Assembly (NCBI GenBank): GCA_021769425.1
Contig: JAETSX010000003.1
Location: forward strand, 69,678 to 133,677
Source of the DNA: Eubacterium sp.
GTDB taxonomy: Bacteria; Bacillota; Clostridia; Lachnospirales; Lachnospiraceae
DNA: 64,000 nucleotides
Direction: 5' to 3'
Shown: in pieces, positions 19,101 through 25,588 of the stretch
Layout: each line of letters starts with the position of its first letter
Position numbering within the stretch: position 1 is the stretch's first letter
The notes under the pieces: model-generated
The model's input: the letters and a program-made list of their open reading frames with translations, nothing else
The model's database searches: none
What the model was told of the DNA's origin: nothing
Translations under genes and position numbers: made by a program

Positions 19101-19382
19101 ATTAATATCCAGATTGAAACGGGCAGCCGGGCTCCGGTAAAAGATATGGGGCATCTGACCGTGGGAAAGCTTACCTCTAAGGAAACACAGCTTACTGGGA
19201 AAGGAACCAGGGAACTTAAGATTGTAGTGAAGGTTAAGGGGAAAAATATCGGCAAGGGGACAGTGAAGAAAGATGAGACTTACAGCATTAAGATCAAGAA
19301 GCAGAAAAAGGGTACGGCTGTAACAGTGATTATGGTGGATAAGCAGAAGAATCAGATGCAGAAAGAGATAAAGGTGAAGTGA
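16182..19382 (+). CDS. Secreted right-handed parallel beta-helix (PbH1/CASH) repeat protein with an acidic N-terminal repeat region and a basic Ig-like C-terminus
   Basis: Signal peptide MKRKMALLLLAVFMGTSA, then TGSLEQPGKEGAEETG repeats. About 30 repeats of 22-23 aa follow, of the type ISGNxxSSNKGAGISV. No LPXTG, SLH or choline-binding motif seen. Confidence 0.7.
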   Translation: MKRKMALLLLAVFMGTSAIEPSLALYGADMQDGRIASEDAGRLALPGREETEDFGNLEQAGEESIGETGSLEQPGKEGAEETGSLEQAGKENTGKTGSLEQPGKEGAEETGNLRLTEETAGEKVLELEQKEEKAAAPTTITIGANGYEASRAGLQKAFDFIQEQNKKGNKSIYTVSVPAGTYNIDSPLYLYSNTHLALAPGAVMKNTGVGTSLLRLGRNGEVYSGASGFMNITIEGGTWTAELRDGSSLLRMAHARNVVIKNAVFQDVKNEHHIEVAGIDGFTVTGCTFSGYVKTIESDELLMEALEIDILGGEKFFPGYEKYDYTPMKNVTVSNNVFKNLFRGVGTHSLVRGSYFENIKIQNNRFENIADYAVLATNYRNSSIAGNTMVNVGAGIYFCNIQTLGRMVTPTPALKFNTDTQSRIEKNAITLKAVNQTVNRCGIRAEGDEGNYIIRNLTITGNTVNAATGGHGILGNYMKDCTITGNGVTGGNTLSKDYKGIRITNSANVPISGNTVKNMSDHGITVTDKSPNCPIEKNIVSGNKGAGIIVTEGSSGCPISGNQSSSNKGAGISVSGGGGCPISGNQSSSNKGAGISVAASDGCPISGNQSSSNKGTGISVTGSNGCSISGNRVSANKGSGISASGSSVPMAVSKNTVEKNSKYGISIGKGNGYSVADNGRVSENGKHGIYFSKCSNVEAVRNKVTSNKKSGIVMSGVTGGRVESNSAVNSNKESGIIMTGITGGKVASNASISSNKENGITISKSSDIEVSGNAKIKGNQRVGISVTGKSVKNIVVSGNKVSASGIHGLTVSGESTAQIAGNSIGSNKKYGISISEKSVNCRITGNTINKNRKGGILIAGKCSSNQVEKNTVKYNKGHGIAVSSSNKVKIAENIAVSHNQGNGILLSGASNNAKISKNIVSVNKEHGINLYDKSVKAEIMENTLRKNGKNGIFICGKSKASVLKKNNFTANKGINIQIETGSRAPVKDMGHLTVGKLTSKETQLTGKGTRELKIVVKVKGKNIGKGTVKKDETYSIKIKKQKKGTAVTVIMVDKQKNQMQKEIKVK
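16381..16515 (+). repeat. In-frame 84-bp-period duplication (51 bp identical) inside the beta-helix gene
   Basis: agaccgggagtttggaacaaccaggaaaagagggagcggaggaaaccggga occurs at 16381 and 16465. Confidence 0.9.
17853..18128 (+). repeat. In-frame 69-bp tandem repeats (3 near-identical copies plus degenerate copies) inside the beta-helix gene
   Basis: ccgatcagcggaaaccaaagcagcagcaataaaggagccgggatttc recurs at 17853, 17922 and 17991. The period is 69 bp, equal to 23 aa or one helix rung. Confidence 0.9.
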
Positions 19383-19395
19383 CTTTAGAAACGAT

Positions 19396-19447
19396 AATCC
19401 CCCGATTGTAGCAAGATACAGTCGGGGGATTGGCTGTTTCTTTATTC
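19396..19447 (+). terminator. Rho-independent terminator of the beta-helix gene
   Basis: 10-bp stem aatcccccga/tcgggggatt (19396-19431) followed by a T-rich tail. Confidence 0.7.
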
Positions 19448-19715
19448 AGTTCCTAAAGGTAAAATTTTTTCAGCCGCGGAGGAAGGATTTATCAGTGAGA
19501 TGCATGAAAATTTATGTTGCTTGGAAACACTGTCAGCATATGGTCTGTTCGGAGGTACGCGATTGAGCGTGTCCTTGCTGGGACACACTCTGGCATAAAA
19601 AGGTTCCTATTGAAAAAGGATGATCACAACAACTTACATTGGCTCAATACTTTAACATAGAGGCTTTTGGGTGAATCAACTTTTGAAAATGGGGAAACTC
19701 AAAGGAAATTGCATA

Positions 19716-19744
19716 TTGCAAAGAAAATCCGCATATGCTATAAT
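19716..19744 (+). promoter_or_regulatory. Sigma-A-type promoter for the candidate antitoxin sRNA
   Basis: TTGCAA (19716-19721), a 17-nt spacer, then TATAAT (19739-19744). Confidence 0.65.
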
Positions 19745-19750
19745 TGCCGT

Positions 19751-19840
19751 AGGCAAAAAGTTATAGCGTTCCAATATGAACGAAGAAACGAATCCCCGAA
19801 CCGTAGTAGCGTACAGTCCGGGGATTCTTCTTTTCTTTTA
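19751..19840 (+). ncRNA. Candidate type I antitoxin sRNA (RNA II-like), about 90 nt
   Basis: It runs from the promoter above to hairpin 19790-19827 plus ttcttttctttt. Its 5' segment 19755-19781 is complementary to the toxin mRNA start region. Confidence 0.55.
19790..19840. terminator. Bidirectional terminator shared by the convergent toxin mRNA and sRNA
   Basis: 9-bp GC-rich stem gaatccccg/cggggattc, with T-runs after it on the + strand and a gtttcttcgtt run on the - strand. Confidence 0.6.
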
Positions 19841-19865
19841 TACTGGCAAAGCGCCCAGTAGGTTA

Positions 19866-19961
19866 TTAGTTGTCCTTGTGGTCACTGTCTAACCATTTGA
19901 TGATGTAGTGGCAGGCTACACCAGCCGCAACAGCGACTAAAAAAGTTATAACGTATTCCAA
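19866..19961 (-). CDS. 31-aa hydrophobic peptide, candidate Fst/PepA1-like type I toxin (absent from the ORF track)
   Basis: TTG start 8 nt after GAGGAGG. The product is MEYVITFLVAVAAGVACHYIIKWLDSDHKDN, followed by TAA TAA: a single TM helix with a charged acidic tail. Confidence 0.6.
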   Translation of the reverse strand: MEYVITFLVAVAAGVACHYIIKWLDSDHKDN

Positions 19962-20008
19962 TATAAACACCTCCTCCCGTTGCCGGGTATCGGTTGGACA
20001 ACATGAAC

Positions 20009-20037
20009 ATTATATCTCATTTTCAGAGTGTCAGCAA
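20009..20037 (-). promoter_or_regulatory. Sigma-A-type promoter for the toxin mRNA
   Basis: On the minus strand, TTGCTG (20037-20032), a 17-nt spacer, then TATAAT (20014-20009). Confidence 0.6.
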
Positions 20038-20124
20038 TAATTGACATTCTTTTTTATGTTCTGCAGCAAAATTAAATAAAAAATAGGAAAAGTACCTTTC
20101 AAAGCTATTCTTTATTTCCTCCGG

Positions 20125-20153
20125 TTGCCAAGTATAATATTTCGTGCTATAAT
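20125..20153 (+). promoter_or_regulatory. Sigma-A-type promoter for the 20181 operon
   Basis: TTGCCA (20125-20130), a 17-nt spacer, then TATAAT (20148-20153), 27 nt before the ATG. Confidence 0.65.
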
Positions 20154-20180
20154 CCAAAATATGTTTGTGAGGAAAATACC

Positions 20181-22256
20181 ATGAAATGGATTAAAATATT
20201 AAAAAAGAAATTTTCCCTGAAAGCAGCCGCAGTATTGCTGTGCGGAATCATCTTTTCCTTGTCCTGCGGCGCGATGTGGGTCAGCAGGTCCTTCAATCTG
20301 GATTGTTTTTATGATATTGGGAAGGTATATGATATTGGTTACTTGCCGTGTATTACACCGGAGCTGGGAGCGGTTTACCAGGGAGAAGGGAGAAAGGTAG
20401 GAATTACAGAAGATATGGCCTGCAAGACTTTTGTAATAGAAGGCGCTGTGCAGCAATGGAGGACATTGGTTCTGGAATTAGAGGATATGAATCAAGAGGG
20501 TATGGAGTGGCAGTTGGAATTTTACGATAATGCAGGCGCTCTAATGGGAACTCAGCGGGCCGTTCTTACTCCTGGGAGGAATATTGTAGGACTTGGAGAG
20601 CAAACATTCAGCCAGATGAAGGTTTGGATTTATAACTGCGCAGGGAGTACGTTTTCAATTCAGAAAATGCAGTTTCTGGAAGGTACTCAGGTGACAGACG
20701 CCAGTGAGTACCGAAAAGTGGTATTGCTTTTTTTCCTGATTTATCTCATTTTGATCGGGGTAGCAGTAAAGTTATGCAAAAGATATGGTGGACAAAGAAC
20801 AAATAATTATATCCTCATTTCCAAGCTGCAGGATATTTACCTTAAAATTGGAAATTTAATACCGGGGTTGGAACAGATTCCGGGCAAATATCTTTCAGCA
20901 GGCAGGAGATTGCTGTTTTTGGGTATGCTTTATTATATGCTGGTAATTAATAATAAAGATACTTACTTCAAAACAAGCTATTTTCCCAGGCACATCCTGG
21001 TGTTTGGCCTGTTTCTTTTGGGCATTGCTGTTTTGTCCAAAGAAGGAAAATTGCGGAAACAGAATTGGCGTTTGCCTTATATGAAAATCTGGGCAGTGCT
21101 TTGGATTATGATATGCGTTTCGGATTTTATAGTGAAAAAACGTTTTACCGGATGGGGCTGGCTGATGTTGCTTGCGGCAGGATTTCTCTTTTTTATCTGG
21201 CAGAATATGAACAATCCCAAAGTACTTTTTCTGGATTTGCTCAGAGCTATTGAATATTTTTCACTGCTGAACCTGATTTTTTGCTTTATAGCCAGGCCGA
21301 AGCTGGAATGGTATTCTTATTGCGGAATTGCCTGGAACCCGAATATTTATATTCAATATTTGATGCCCATGTGCGTAGTGTCTCTGGCGGAAATTCTGGA
21401 ATGGATTGAGAAGGACAAACGGGGAAAAGGCTGGCTCTTTCATCTTACCATGGTAATTGCTGCCTGCTATTTGGATTGGCTGTCCCAGTCCCGGACGGGA
21501 TTAGCGGCAATTGCAGTTGTACTTTTGTTCTTTTTGGTCACAGTTCTGTTTTTGCTGGGGCAGAAGAAGCATAGGAAGAAATGTTGGAAAGCTATTGTGG
21601 CCTGTACCATCCTGGTAGTGCCGATTTCTTTTGCGTGCGGTTGGGCTATCCAGAATATCCCCCAGAAGCTGGGGACACAGGTGATCTTTCCGAGGGATGA
21701 TTACAAACTGGAAGTGAAAATGCCCTCGTTAACATTGAAAGCGGAAGCAGGCATTTTAGAGAATATCAAAAACAGCCGAGCGGTGAGAAAAATCCTGACT
21801 TCCAGCGATATAGAAACGTTTACCAATGGAAGAAATCTCTACTGGGACGCTTACCTTCGGAATATGAATCTATGGGGGCATCCGTATCAGTTGGAAATCT
21901 GGGGAGGTGGAAGAGGGGAACACAGCGGATTTATTATTATTGCGTACCGGTATGGCGTATTTACCCTTGTGCCGTATCTTCTGTATCTTGGTTTAACGTT
22001 TTGGTATGCCTGGAAATATTTAAGATATAAGGGAAAAGAACAGATTTACCGGTTTTATCCCATTGGAATTACAGTGGGGATGCTGTGCATGCTGTTGGTG
22101 GAAAACGTAGAACGGCCCTTTTATTCGGTAAGCTGCCTGGCCTTTTATCTGCTTCCCGGCGTGTTTATGCTGGGGCAGCAATGGAAAGAGGAAACGAAAC
22201 CGGAATGTACTGAAACCGGAATGTGTGGAACACCAAAAGATTTCCTGAAAGATTAG
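20181..22256 (+). CDS. Polytopic membrane protein, O-antigen ligase/polymerase-like (Wzy_C-type), with an N-terminal anchored extracytoplasmic domain of ~150 aa
   Basis: TM1, a soluble segment and more than 10 TMs. The loop SQSRTGLAAIAVVLLFFL resembles the Wzy_C core. It is a paralogue of the next gene. Confidence 0.5.
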   Translation: MKWIKILKKKFSLKAAAVLLCGIIFSLSCGAMWVSRSFNLDCFYDIGKVYDIGYLPCITPELGAVYQGEGRKVGITEDMACKTFVIEGAVQQWRTLVLELEDMNQEGMEWQLEFYDNAGALMGTQRAVLTPGRNIVGLGEQTFSQMKVWIYNCAGSTFSIQKMQFLEGTQVTDASEYRKVVLLFFLIYLILIGVAVKLCKRYGGQRTNNYILISKLQDIYLKIGNLIPGLEQIPGKYLSAGRRLLFLGMLYYMLVINNKDTYFKTSYFPRHILVFGLFLLGIAVLSKEGKLRKQNWRLPYMKIWAVLWIMICVSDFIVKKRFTGWGWLMLLAAGFLFFIWQNMNNPKVLFLDLLRAIEYFSLLNLIFCFIARPKLEWYSYCGIAWNPNIYIQYLMPMCVVSLAEILEWIEKDKRGKGWLFHLTMVIAACYLDWLSQSRTGLAAIAVVLLFFLVTVLFLLGQKKHRKKCWKAIVACTILVVPISFACGWAIQNIPQKLGTQVIFPRDDYKLEVKMPSLTLKAEAGILENIKNSRAVRKILTSSDIETFTNGRNLYWDAYLRNMNLWGHPYQLEIWGGGRGEHSGFIIIAYRYGVFTLVPYLLYLGLTFWYAWKYLRYKGKEQIYRFYPIGITVGMLCMLLVENVERPFYSVSCLAFYLLPGVFMLGQQWKEETKPECTETGMCGTPKDFLKD

Positions 22257-22269
22257 CAGCAGGACAGGA

Positions 22270-24396
22270 ATGATTGGAAGAGGCAGGAGAAAAGCAGGAA
22301 TTGAAATGCAGGAAGAGAATAATAGAACTACCAGCTACAAAAGAATAAAGGTGTTTACCATACTGCTGACCGGCCTTCTGCTTTGTTATTCAGCAGTGAT
22401 GATGCATATCGGCGGCTCTTTTAATATCCGTGAATTGCTGTCATCCGGCAGGGTTTATGACTTTACCAGAGAAGATTTGCAGTCTTCCAGTCCAAACTGG
22501 CAGTACAGCGAGGAAGAGCAGGGCTATCGGATCCAGAAAAATAAAGCCCTGAAGAAATGGAAAATTGGGAAAAAATCGGTAGGATGGGAGTTTCTCTATC
22601 TGACCGTGAGAGAAATGTCAGCAGAAACCATGGATATCCGTATTATTTACTATAATAAAGCGGGGCAAAAGGTGACAGAACAGCCCCATATGCTGACAGA
22701 AGGAGAGAATATTATTATCCTCCAATATCCCGGCGAAGAGCTGTACCGTATGGGAATCCGGATTTACGGAGCCAAAGGTCAGTTTCTCTCCATACAGTCT
22801 ATGCAGCTTCGGGAAAATGCCCTGGGATTCTCGATCCGGAGATTTGGGAAACTGATGGCAGTTTCCTATCTGGGGTTTCTGGCAGTTCTGGCAGTTTTCT
22901 GGCGGATCCGGAAGCGATATTTGGATATATTCATAAGCGCTGACGGAACTGTGAAGCAAAAACAGCATAATAAGGAAAATTGTGCTAAGACTCTGCAGGG
23001 AAGAGATCTTTCCGTTTATCAAGAGAAGAAGAATAGGGGAAATTGTACAGAAGCGCTGCAGGAAATCTATCAAATCTTAATCGAAGATGTCTGCAGATGG
23101 GTGCACCAAAGGACCGTGCCAAGGGGCCGTGAAGTCAGCCGGAAACTATTGTGGTGTTTCCTGTTTCTATGGATGACAGCGGCCAATGTCCTGGGATGGT
23201 GCACCGATGGACAGGCGCATCGGTATTATATGCTGTCTCTCAGCCTGATTTTTCTGATGATAGCGGTATTGGCCTGGGAACGTCCCCTTTGCTGTCTGAA
23301 CTGGAGCAATCCCCTGTGTTTGGCCTGGCTGTGGCTGTGGGTTGGGACACTGCTGTCTGATGTGTTTGTGGTTTCCAATTATAAATGGCATGGAATACCC
23401 ATGCTCTTGGCCTGCGGGATACTGATATTCATATGGAATAATATGAAGTATCCGGAAAAATTAATGGATGAGATGCTGTGGGCGCTGGAAATAGATTTCG
23501 GAATTGCTATACTGTTTTGCATGCTGTTCCGCACCAAAAAGCTGGCGGTCCGCTATAACGGAATTTTCCCGGATTCTCAGCAGTTTTCTATGTATGCGGC
23601 CATGATGCTTGCAGTTTTTCTGGCGGAAATCGGAAAGCTGCCGGGGCAAAAGAATTTGTTCAGAAAAAGTATTCCCAAGGTCACAGGAGCGGCGCTTTCT
23701 CTGTTTTTTTTGCAGCGGGCAGGCAGCAGAAGCGGTTTTGCAGCGGCGGCAGTATTGCTGAGTATTTTTGTAATCTGGAATATTTACAATCGAAAAAACT
23801 GGCTCAACCAATGGAAAATTTTGGCAGCTTGCGGCTGTAAGGCGGGAATCATTGCAGTTTTATGTGTCTGTATTGTGCATGTGTCTACAAAATATCTGCC
23901 GGGCACGTTGGGGACAGAATTGAATTTTGAGCAGGAACATCTGGTCAGCAGCCTGGAGCCAGAACAGATGGCAGAGTTTAACGCATTGCAGCCAGGTTTG
24001 ATGGATGGGGTTCATTCTGTGAAAGATATAGATTACGGCATGTATTGGAAGAATTATATCCGGCGCTTTGGGCTTACCGGAAGCAGCCAAAAGATTAAGC
24101 TGCGCCAGGAAGCCATTCCTTCTGATAATACGTACATTCAGATGATGTACCGGTACGGAATATTCATCCTGATTCCTTTTTTACTCCTGCAGATGTGCCT
24201 GATCTGGAATGGAGCGAAGCGTCTCAAAAGGGGAACCGGGGAAGATGTCTGGATGTTTATGACGGGAGCCGTTTTTCTCTGTTTTTGCTTTGCGGCAGAC
24301 GCAGATGTGCCGGCAGGCCATCCTCTGTGGTTTTGCTATTACGCAGGCATGGGATATTGGTTCGGCAGTTTTGAGAAAGCGCTGGGAATGTATTAG
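22270..24396 (+). CDS. Paralogous O-antigen ligase/polymerase-like membrane protein
   Basis: Same architecture as the previous gene, with QRAGSRSGFAAAAVLLSIFVIW in the equivalent loop. An alternative start is ATG 22306. Confidence 0.5.
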   Translation: MIGRGRRKAGIEMQEENNRTTSYKRIKVFTILLTGLLLCYSAVMMHIGGSFNIRELLSSGRVYDFTREDLQSSSPNWQYSEEEQGYRIQKNKALKKWKIGKKSVGWEFLYLTVREMSAETMDIRIIYYNKAGQKVTEQPHMLTEGENIIILQYPGEELYRMGIRIYGAKGQFLSIQSMQLRENALGFSIRRFGKLMAVSYLGFLAVLAVFWRIRKRYLDIFISADGTVKQKQHNKENCAKTLQGRDLSVYQEKKNRGNCTEALQEIYQILIEDVCRWVHQRTVPRGREVSRKLLWCFLFLWMTAANVLGWCTDGQAHRYYMLSLSLIFLMIAVLAWERPLCCLNWSNPLCLAWLWLWVGTLLSDVFVVSNYKWHGIPMLLACGILIFIWNNMKYPEKLMDEMLWALEIDFGIAILFCMLFRTKKLAVRYNGIFPDSQQFSMYAAMMLAVFLAEIGKLPGQKNLFRKSIPKVTGAALSLFFLQRAGSRSGFAAAAVLLSIFVIWNIYNRKNWLNQWKILAACGCKAGIIAVLCVCIVHVSTKYLPGTLGTELNFEQEHLVSSLEPEQMAEFNALQPGLMDGVHSVKDIDYGMYWKNYIRRFGLTGSSQKIKLRQEAIPSDNTYIQMMYRYGIFILIPFLLLQMCLIWNGAKRLKRGTGEDVWMFMTGAVFLCFCFAADADVPAGHPLWFCYYAGMGYWFGSFEKALGMY

Positions 24397-24615
24397 TTCA
24401 GCCTGGGATTTTGCACTTGCTGCAAAGTCCGTGAGAATGTGTAGATTGAGCCAGGAATCCAGCCCCTTGCTGAAAGCAAACGTTAGACGGGCTGGATTCG
24501 GTAACAGTAAGGTGAAAGCTGAACTGCTGCCAGGGAATAAGCAGAACATTACGGAAGCCTTGTCATTTCGCAGCAGCGGACAGACAGAGCTGGGAAGAGT
24601 GAAAGGGAAGCAGAT

Positions 24616-25551
24616 ATGCAGAAACAATCAATGGAACGAATGAAGAAAGCGGGAAAAATCATTGGAAAAGTTATTTCCATATTGTCAATTGTATTTATTA
24701 TTTATGCCATATGGAAGCTGGGGTTTGACTTTCAATCCATCCAAAACTGGTATTCGTTTCTTGCAGTGTCGCTGGTCTGCGTTATTGTAAAATGCGCGAC
24801 GGTGTATCTCTCCGGCATGGCATGGGCCCGCTGGCTTCGTTTTTTTGCCGGCAGAACCATTAATCGGCGGGAGGCGGTCTGTGTTTACGCAAAAGCGAAT
24901 ATCGGTAAATATCTGCCCGGAAATGTGATGCATTATGTAGAGCGGAATCTTTTTGCCACAAATCTTGGCATCAGCCAGAAAAAACTGGCTGTAAGCACCA
25001 TATGCGAAGTGATTGGCCTGGTGTTGGTGGCGTTTCTGCTGGCGGTCAGCGTGTCAGCCGGGCAGCTTGCAGAATCCATTCGGCTGATTTTCGGAGAATC
25101 TTATGCCCGTCTGATTTTGAGTGCGATAGCAGTTGGAATTGTGCTGGTTCTGGCGGCGTTTTTTGTTCTGCGGAAAAAAATTGCAGCCCAGCTTAAAGAA
25201 TACAGCCTGAAAGAATTTGGCAAAACCCTGGCAGAAACAATGGTGTTGTATGGGATCGTGTTGGTTGCCCTGGGTCTGATTATGGTGGCGCTTTATGCCT
25301 ACATGGGCGGAGAAATCACCTGGCAGAACGGCTCTTTGATAGTATCCGGATATGTGATTGCCTGGGTGCTGGGATTTGTAATTCCCGGGGCTTCCGGCGG
25401 AATCGGCGTCCGGGAGCTGGTGATTACAGTGCTTCTGGGCAGCGTGGTGGGGGCGGAGACAGTCCTGACATTATCTGTCATACATCGATTAATTACGATT
25501 GTGGGAGATTTTTTGGCATATTTGGTTATGCTTATAATAAGAAAGGTTTAA
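24616..25551 (+). CDS. Flippase-like membrane protein (UPF0104 / LPG-synthase TM-domain family)
   Basis: 8 TM segments, NIGKYLPGNVMHYVERN, and PGASGGIGVRE, which is typical of this family. Confidence 0.6.
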   Translation: MQKQSMERMKKAGKIIGKVISILSIVFIIYAIWKLGFDFQSIQNWYSFLAVSLVCVIVKCATVYLSGMAWARWLRFFAGRTINRREAVCVYAKANIGKYLPGNVMHYVERNLFATNLGISQKKLAVSTICEVIGLVLVAFLLAVSVSAGQLAESIRLIFGESYARLILSAIAVGIVLVLAAFFVLRKKIAAQLKEYSLKEFGKTLAETMVLYGIVLVALGLIMVALYAYMGGEITWQNGSLIVSGYVIAWVLGFVIPGASGGIGVRELVITVLLGSVVGAETVLTLSVIHRLITIVGDFLAYLVMLIIRKV

Positions 25552-25588
25552 AGAAAAGGCCAGCCTGTTTACTCAGGGAACGCACAGA

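Noticed and set aside
16163-19255. Long antisense ORFs opposite the beta-helix gene (16163-16696, 16908-17444, 18324-19154, 18878-19255)
   Set aside because: They mirror the periodic repeat structure of the sense gene and have low-complexity translations with no RBS or start context. The sense ORF has a signal peptide and a coherent domain structure.
19667-19861. 64-aa + strand ORF covering the candidate antitoxin sRNA
   Set aside because: It starts with a non-ATG codon and has no RBS. It also runs through the promoter and the terminator hairpin, so the region is better explained as a promoter plus a short non-coding RNA.
24455-24499. 11-bp perfect stem (gaatccagccc/gggctggattc) with an inner mini-hairpin after the second ligase-like gene, considered as a terminator or riboswitch
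   Set aside because: No U-tract follows it and it resembles no riboswitch core I know. It may be an RNA stability element, but I cannot support a specific call.
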